Both the position numbers and the translations under genes were made by a program. Positions 58,621-64,000 of a stretch of DNA of 64,000 nucleotides are shown piece by piece. Below the pieces are notes generated by a model. That model did no database searches. It worked only from the letters and a program-made list of their open reading frames with translations, and was not told where the DNA came from. This stretch comes from a bacterium (GTDB lineage Bacteria; UBA8248). The stretch spans positions 2,912,001 through 2,976,000 of the forward strand of contig CBDBZU010000004.1 in assembly GCA_965213625.1 (NCBI GenBank). The letters run 5' to 3'. Each line of letters begins with the position of its first letter. Positions within the stretch are counted from its first letter, which is position 1.

Positions 58621-59352
58621 ATGGCTACGGATTTGGAGCTGGCGAGCGCCACAAACAGACGTCCCGTCGGTAATGCCGAAGTCGCCCCGAAGCCCTGGGA
58701 AGGATTCTCCGGCGTCGCGCTTTCGGGACTCAGAACTTCTCTCGAGCCCGTCGATGCGGACCGCGACACGCCCGATATCTTCTGCGCCGCGACAGAAGGC
58801 GAAGACACAGACCGGATATTCGATTACATGAACGTGGGTCCCTTCTCCGGCGAGGCGGAAGTGCACGCATTACTGGTCGAGCGCCAGGCGTCAGAAGACC
58901 CCGTGTTCGTGGTCTACCGCGACAACGCCACCGGCCGCCTCGGCGGCATGGGCAGTTTCATGGAGATTAGGCCCGCCATCGGAGTCGCCGAAATCGGCCA
59001 CATCTGGTTCGGCCGCGCCTGGCAGCGCGACGCCCGCGCCACCGAGGTCCTCTCGCTCAAGATACACCACGTGTTGGAAACTCTTGCCTACCGCCGCCTG
59101 GAGTGGAAGTGCGACGCAATGAACACGGCCTCACGCAGCGCGGCCCTGCGCCTGGGTTTCCGCTATGAGGGAATTTTCCTGAACCACATGATCGTCAAGG
59201 GGCGCAGCCGCGACACCGCCTGGTTTTCCCTCACGCAGGAGGAATGGCCCGCCGTCGCCGATGCCCACGCCCGCTGGCTCGCGCCGGATAATTTCGACGC
59301 CCGGGGAAAACAGAAATTCTCCCTGAGCGACCTCACCCGCGCGCTGTGGTGA
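58621..59352 (+). CDS. GNAT family N-acetyltransferase (RimJ/RimL type)
   Basis: EIGHIWF, YRRLEWKCD..N..S..AA.RLGF.YEG.F and RDTAWFS motifs. Confidence 0.9.
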   Translation: MATDLELASATNRRPVGNAEVAPKPWEGFSGVALSGLRTSLEPVDADRDTPDIFCAATEGEDTDRIFDYMNVGPFSGEAEVHALLVERQASEDPVFVVYRDNATGRLGGMGSFMEIRPAIGVAEIGHIWFGRAWQRDARATEVLSLKIHHVLETLAYRRLEWKCDAMNTASRSAALRLGFRYEGIFLNHMIVKGRSRDTAWFSLTQEEWPAVADAHARWLAPDNFDARGKQKFSLSDLTRALW

Positions 59353-59368
59353 GGAAAGGTTCTTTTTA

Positions 59369-60214
59369 CTAGGTCGAATGAGGGGCTTGGGCGGCGCACC
59401 GGAAGCCGATGTAGCCGTGCCCCGTCGCCTGTCTACCGGGCATCACGACTTCCCGGTTCGTCGCCGTCATGCCGTCAGGCGCACTCGCCGAATTGCCGCC
59501 CCGCACCACGCGCGCATCCACCGCGCCAAGGTTCTCGCGCCCGTCCTTGGGCTTGTAGGGGTAGTTCATCGCGAGCGAGGCCGTCCATTCCCATACCTGC
59601 CCCGCCATATCGTTTACTCCGTATGGACTCGCGCCTTTGGGATAACTGCCCACGACCGCCGTCTGGCCCCTGAAATCCCCGAGGAGCATGTACTCGCTTG
59701 ATGGCTTCTGGTTCCCCCACGGGTAGAGGCGGCCATCGCCTCCGCGCGCCGCCTTTTCCCATTGCGCCTCGCTAGGCAGCCGCTTCCTCTTCCAGCGGCA
59801 ATACGCCAGGGGCCCGCCCCAGGCCATCTCGCTCGCCGGGAATTTGTCGAAACCCTTCTCGACGACCCAGCTGTCGCCTTGGGGAACGATCTTGGCGTCG
59901 GGGTCGTCGGTGTCGAGGTACATCTCTCCCTGCGGCCCGGTCGGGCCTTTCTCCTGAATGAAGGGCAGGTAATCCGCCCAGGTCACCAGGTTTTGGTCGA
60001 TGTAATAGGCGGGGAGAAACACGCGATGCGCGGGTTTTTCCTCATCGGGGCCGTCGTTTCTCCCCATCATGAAGGGACCTGCGGGAATGAGCACCATCCC
60101 TGCATATTTGCCCTTTCCCATCTTCGGTGCGGAAGCGGCACTGGCCGTTTCTGCAAAAACCGCCGCTACGAAGATGAGAAGGAGAATCCATATGCCGACC
60201 GATTTTATTGTCAT
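59369..60214 (-). CDS. FGE-sulfatase (SUMF1/EgtB/PvdO) family exported protein, copy 1
   Basis: Signal peptide; RLPSEAQWEKAARG, DMAGQVWEW, RGG and GFRC motifs. Confidence 0.85.
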   Translation of the reverse strand: MTIKSVGIWILLLIFVAAVFAETASAASAPKMGKGKYAGMVLIPAGPFMMGRNDGPDEEKPAHRVFLPAYYIDQNLVTWADYLPFIQEKGPTGPQGEMYLDTDDPDAKIVPQGDSWVVEKGFDKFPASEMAWGGPLAYCRWKRKRLPSEAQWEKAARGGDGRLYPWGNQKPSSEYMLLGDFRGQTAVVGSYPKGASPYGVNDMAGQVWEWTASLAMNYPYKPKDGRENLGAVDARVVRGGNSASAPDGMTATNREVVMPGRQATGHGYIGFRCAAQAPHST

Positions 60215-60286
60215 TCTCCACCCTCAAACCATAGAATTCTGAGGATTATAACGGAATTTGGATGGATAAACCGCCTCAAATAGTTC

Positions 60287-60314
60287 CGTCATTCCGGCGC
60301 ATGCCGGAATCCAG
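60287..60314. repeat. REP-like palindrome
   Basis: CGTCATTCCGGCGCATGCCGGAATCCAG; related to copies at ~25180 and ~30480. Confidence 0.6.
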
Positions 60315-60507
60315 AACCGGTGTGAGCCGACATCGTTTTCTTGGGCCGGTGGCTGGAAAATCGAGGCTAAGGAAGATATTGTCGATCATAGCAGGTACGG
60401 CAATTTTGTTGCTCAAGGTAGTATGCGCGGATTATCGTTTAATTTGAGTCGTTAGTGGCCAACCAAAATTTGCCCGAAAAGTAACGAAGCATAACTCGGA
60501 GACTTTA

Positions 60508-62001
60508 ATGGCCAAGAAAACTATCTTCGCGATTAACACAGACGTGCCAGGGGAAATCACTTCCGAAGTAAATTATCGTTCCAACCAAACATTGTTGGAC
60601 GCTGATATTATTTTGTTCACTCCTACCCTAGAAATCGGTTGGTCAAGTGAGACTTACCAAGGTAAACCGCTTCTTTCGGAGCAGAAGTCATTTACAGCAT
60701 TAGAACAAACACGCCATTGGGAAAAAGAGATCTCCACAGCAGTTAATGCAGGAAAATTGGTTGTCGTTTATTTGGCGAAACCGGAAGACTGTTTTCGGTA
60801 TACCGGTGAAAAACAAACTTCAGGCACTGGCCGGAATCAGAAAGTCACCAATATTGTTACAGAAATAAATTCTTACGACGCACTACCAGCAATAAATTCT
60901 TATTCGTCGGTGACAGGTGCGAAGATAAAAATTGCTAAGACAGGAGCAATTATTTCACCGTATTGGGATCAGTTTGCGACTTACTCATCTTATCGCACTG
61001 AGGTAAAGGGGGAATTTTCCGAAGTCTTACTAGAATCTGAGGTAGGAATTAGGGTTGTGGGCGCTTTAATTAGGGCTACAGGAGGAGGATCTCTCTTATT
61101 TCTGCCACCTGTTAATTTTAATGTAGCTGAGTTTCTTGAGGAGAATGACGAAGGCTACGAAGTCTGGAACGAGGCTGGCTTGCAGGCAGGAAAAAGATTC
61201 GTCGGAGCCATAATTTCGCTTGCAGAAGCGATATCTGTCAATAGAACTATGACCCCACCGCCTGATTGGGCATCTGGCAACCAATATCGTTTGCCGAATG
61301 AAAGACGTCTTGAAGCCGAGGTTACCCAAATTTCCGAAAAAATTGTGCATCTCGATAAGACTAAAAACACTCTCCAACAGACTCTATTGGCTGCAGGAAG
61401 CCCTCGCAATCTTCTGTTTGAAAAAGGCACACCTCTGGAAGATGCCATTCTGGAGAGCTTGAAACTAATGGGCTTCAAAGCGGGTGGTTTTGATGACGGA
61501 GAGTCCGAGTTCGACGCCATTTTTTCTTCTCCTGAGGGAAGATTCATCGGTGAAGCCGAAGGTCGCGACAATAAGGCTATTAGCATAGATAAATTTAGCC
61601 AATTAGAACGCAACTTGCATGAAGATTTTAGCCTCGATGAAATCGACGAAATGGCAAAAGGGGTATTGTTCGGCAATGGCTATCGCTTAGAACCACCAGA
61701 AGAACGCGTTGAAACTTTCACTGCAAAATGTCTAAAAGCGACGAAAAGAACCGGGATTGCTTTGGTTCGCACGCCAGACATGTTCGAGCCAACAAGATAT
61801 CTTAAAGAACATCCTGAAGATCAAGATTACGCGACGGCCTGCCGAAGAGCGATAGCCGATACAGAGGGGGCGATTGTCGAATTTCCTACGCCTCCGATCG
61901 AGGAAACAGCAAAAATTGTAGAGAAAACCGCTAATATCATAAACGACACAAGCGACGAAATATTTGAGGGTGCTCAGGCCAAGACAGACGGAAAAGCCTA
62001 A
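60508..62001 (+). CDS. hypothetical protein with coiled coil and C-terminal restriction-endonuclease-like domain
   Basis: 497-aa AT-rich ORF with GGAG RBS; LE..I...L..MGF...EFD....EG.FIGEAEG....I....FSQL pattern resembling PD-(D/E)xK/Mrr-type cores. Confidence 0.7.
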   Translation: MAKKTIFAINTDVPGEITSEVNYRSNQTLLDADIILFTPTLEIGWSSETYQGKPLLSEQKSFTALEQTRHWEKEISTAVNAGKLVVVYLAKPEDCFRYTGEKQTSGTGRNQKVTNIVTEINSYDALPAINSYSSVTGAKIKIAKTGAIISPYWDQFATYSSYRTEVKGEFSEVLLESEVGIRVVGALIRATGGGSLLFLPPVNFNVAEFLEENDEGYEVWNEAGLQAGKRFVGAIISLAEAISVNRTMTPPPDWASGNQYRLPNERRLEAEVTQISEKIVHLDKTKNTLQQTLLAAGSPRNLLFEKGTPLEDAILESLKLMGFKAGGFDDGESEFDAIFSSPEGRFIGEAEGRDNKAISIDKFSQLERNLHEDFSLDEIDEMAKGVLFGNGYRLEPPEERVETFTAKCLKATKRTGIALVRTPDMFEPTRYLKEHPEDQDYATACRRAIADTEGAIVEFPTPPIEETAKIVEKTANIINDTSDEIFEGAQAKTDGKA

Positions 62002-62076
62002 TCAATTCTATTTCTTATTTCATATGCAACATATCAGCACAGCTTAGATTACAAGAATTTCCTTGCCTTCGCCCCA

Positions 62077-62922
62077 TCAAGTCGAATGAGGGGCTTGGGC
62101 GGCGCATCTGAAGCCGATGTAGCCATGCCCCGTCGCCTGCCTGCCGGGCATCACGACTTCCCGGCTCGTGGCCGTCATGCCGTCCGGCGCACTCGCCGAA
62201 TTGCCGCCCCGCACCACGCGCGCATCCACCGCGCTCAAGTTTTCGCGTCCGTCTTTGGGCTTGTAGGGGTAGTTCATCGCGAGCGAGGCCGTCCATTCCC
62301 ATACCTGCCCCGCCATGTCGTTCACCCCGTATGGGCTGGCGCCTTTAGGATAACGACCCACGACCGCCGTTTGGCCCCTGAAATCCCCTAAAAGCAGGTA
62401 TTCTCCCGACGGCTTCTGGTTCCCCCACGGGTAGAGGCGGCCATCGCCTCCGCGCGCCGCCTTTTCCCATTGCGCCTCGGTGGGCAGCCGCTTCCTTTTC
62501 CAGCGGCAATAGGCCAGCGCCCCGCCCCAGGCCATCTCGCTCGCCGGGAATTTGTCGAAACCCTTCTCGACGACCCAGGAATCTCCCATCGGGATAATTT
62601 TGGCGTCGGGGTCGTCAGTGTCGAGGTACATCTCCCCCTGCGGCCCGGTCGGGCCTTTCTCCTGAATGAAGGGCAGGTAATCCGCCCAGGTCACCAGGTT
62701 TTGGTCGATGTAATAGGCGGGCAGGAACACGCGATGCGCGGGTTTTTCCTCATCGGGGCCGTCGTTTCTCCCCATCGTGAAGGGACCTGCGGGAATGAGA
62801 ATCATCCCGGCGTATTTGCCCTTTCCCATCTTCGGTGCGGAAGCGGCACCGGCCGTTTCTGCAAAAACCGCCGCTACGAAGACGAGAAGGAAAATCCATA
62901 TGCCGACCGATTTTTTTGTCAT
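62077..62922 (-). CDS. FGE-sulfatase family exported protein, copy 2
   Basis: Same length (281 aa) and near-identical to 59369..60214. Confidence 0.85.
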   Translation of the reverse strand: MTKKSVGIWIFLLVFVAAVFAETAGAASAPKMGKGKYAGMILIPAGPFTMGRNDGPDEEKPAHRVFLPAYYIDQNLVTWADYLPFIQEKGPTGPQGEMYLDTDDPDAKIIPMGDSWVVEKGFDKFPASEMAWGGALAYCRWKRKRLPTEAQWEKAARGGDGRLYPWGNQKPSGEYLLLGDFRGQTAVVGRYPKGASPYGVNDMAGQVWEWTASLAMNYPYKPKDGRENLSAVDARVVRGGNSASAPDGMTATSREVVMPGRQATGHGYIGFRCAAQAPHST

Positions 62923-63055
62923 TCGTCATCCCTCAAACCAAAGAATACTGAAGAGTATATCGTAAAGCGGGAAGAGAAGCTGTAAGGGAATGGGGCGTCA
63001 CCGCTCAGTCAAAACGCAACCTTGCTCAATAACGAGCGTCCATTCGGTTCCTCGG

Positions 63056-63856
63056 TCAGACCGTCCCGAGTGCGTCGCGCAGGAACGCGCACAGCGGCTC
63101 ATTGACCGCCTGCGGCGATTCGGCGAGCGCCATATGCCTGAGTCCGGGCAATACAACGAGACGGGCGCCGGGAATAAGTTCTGCCATGGCCCGCGCCATG
63201 GCGGGCGTGTTGCCCGGGTCGTCCTCGCCGGCCATCACAAGCGTCGGACAGGCGATCCGTTCAAGACCCTGGACGATCTCGGAGTCCCCCTCGGCGAGAA
63301 CCCGGTATATCCGTGAATAGACTTTCGGGTCGTTGCGCGTAATCCACATGCGGACCTGGTCGATCAGTTCCGGCGCCTGGGTGCGGCACGCAGGTGTGAA
63401 CCAGCGTTCGAGGGCGGAGTCCACGTTCGCCGAAGGTCCTTGTACCTGGGTCTGGCGCACGCGCTCACGAACCGCGGCGCGTTCGGCCGGGCTGCGATCG
63501 TGCGGCGAGTGCAGTATCGCGAGCGCAGAGAGGCGGTCCGGATGATCCAGCGCGAATCGGCGCGCTATCATGCCGCCGAGCGAGAACCCGACCACTGCAG
63601 CGCGCTCGACCCCGCATCGGTCCATGATTCGGAGCAGTTGCCCGGAGAACATGGCGAGGTCGGGCGCGCCCGCAGGCGGCGCGCTCTCTCCATGCCCAAG
63701 CAGATCGTAGGTCAGTACGCTGAAATGCGGCGTGAGCGCCGGGAGTTGCCACTGCCACATCGCGCGGTTCAGGCCGAAGCCGTGAATCAATGCGACCGTC
63801 GGGCCGCTTCCGTGTAACTCCCAGAACGATTCGTCCATGCCACCCCTACTTTTCAC
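63056..63856 (-). CDS. alpha/beta hydrolase (3-oxoadipate enol-lactonase-like)
   Basis: IHGFG, YDLLGHG, GFSLGG, D and H catalytic motifs; ERWFT. Confidence 0.9.
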   Translation of the reverse strand: MKSRGGMDESFWELHGSGPTVALIHGFGLNRAMWQWQLPALTPHFSVLTYDLLGHGESAPPAGAPDLAMFSGQLLRIMDRCGVERAAVVGFSLGGMIARRFALDHPDRLSALAILHSPHDRSPAERAAVRERVRQTQVQGPSANVDSALERWFTPACRTQAPELIDQVRMWITRNDPKVYSRIYRVLAEGDSEIVQGLERIACPTLVMAGEDDPGNTPAMARAMAELIPGARLVVLPGLRHMALAESPQAVNEPLCAFLRDALGTV

Positions 63857-63893
63857 GCCTGCAGTCCATGGGCGATAGCGTGCATATCATTTA

Positions 63894-64000
63894 TCACACG
63901 AACGCCGGCATCACTTCCTTGATGAACAGTTCCAGTGACCGCTTCTGCTCCTTCATCCCGAGACCCAGGCTCGCGTAGTAGGTGAAATGGTCGACGCCGA
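63894..64000 (-). CDS. C-terminal end of a probable LLM class flavin-dependent oxidoreductase (partial)
   Basis: Manual translation GVDHFTYYASLGLGMKEQKRSLELFIKEVMPAFV-stop, matching the typical LLM tail (S..LF..EVMP.F). Confidence 0.6.
   Translation of the reverse strand, partial: GVDHFTYYASLGLGMKEQKRSLELFIKEVMPAFV

Noticed and set aside
60445-62010. Integron gene cassette (GTTAG upstream, GCCTAA at the stop)
   Set aside because: Neither site matches GTTRRRY/RYYYAAC fully, no attC-like palindrome was seen, and no integrase is present.
59369-62922. Diversity-generating retroelement (TR/VR pair), since FGE-type C-lectin folds are known DGR targets
   Set aside because: The repeat covers the whole gene. 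In the 3' stretch compared, differences are mostly synonymous and not restricted to adenines, and no reverse transcriptase is in the window.
1-64000. CRISPR arrays, tRNA, rRNA, prophage genes
   Set aside because: No regularly spaced repeats, cloverleaf/T-arm contexts, rRNA-like segments or phage hallmark proteins were recognised by eye; a covariance-model scan was not possible.

Overview
64 kb of a Gram-negative bacterial chromosome. Gene content suggests an uncultured heterotroph, possibly Nitrospinota/Tectomicrobia-like (inference only). Housekeeping genes (secA, lgt, degP-like, mobA, moeA, glnE, pckA) are mixed with many transport and catabolic genes: a GldAFG-like ABC system, an Fe(III) ABC transporter with a DtxR-family regulator, a tripartite tricarboxylate transporter, and acyl-CoA dehydrogenase/enolase/FAH/SDR genes. 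Main points: (1) a DUF3179 gene split by an in-frame TGA in a W-U-P-L-C motif, a probable exported selenoprotein missed by the ORF track; (2) an AT-rich, translationally coupled two-gene cassette in which both products look HEPN-like and no nucleotidyltransferase antitoxin is present; (3) an AT-rich orphan gene with a restriction-endonuclease-like C-terminus between two near-identical FGE-sulfatase gene copies; (4) an oxalate-oxidoreductase-type operon (YPIRP motif) with an altered switch loop, under a FadR-family regulator; (5) a CIRCE operator on the promoter of the GldAFG-like ABC operon; (6) an IS1182-family element inserted in a palindrome inside a MITE-like element with related ends; (7) a shift from lower to higher GC at about 19.6-22 kb. 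No rRNA, tRNA or CRISPR array was recognised. Family assignments come from motif recognition, not database searches.
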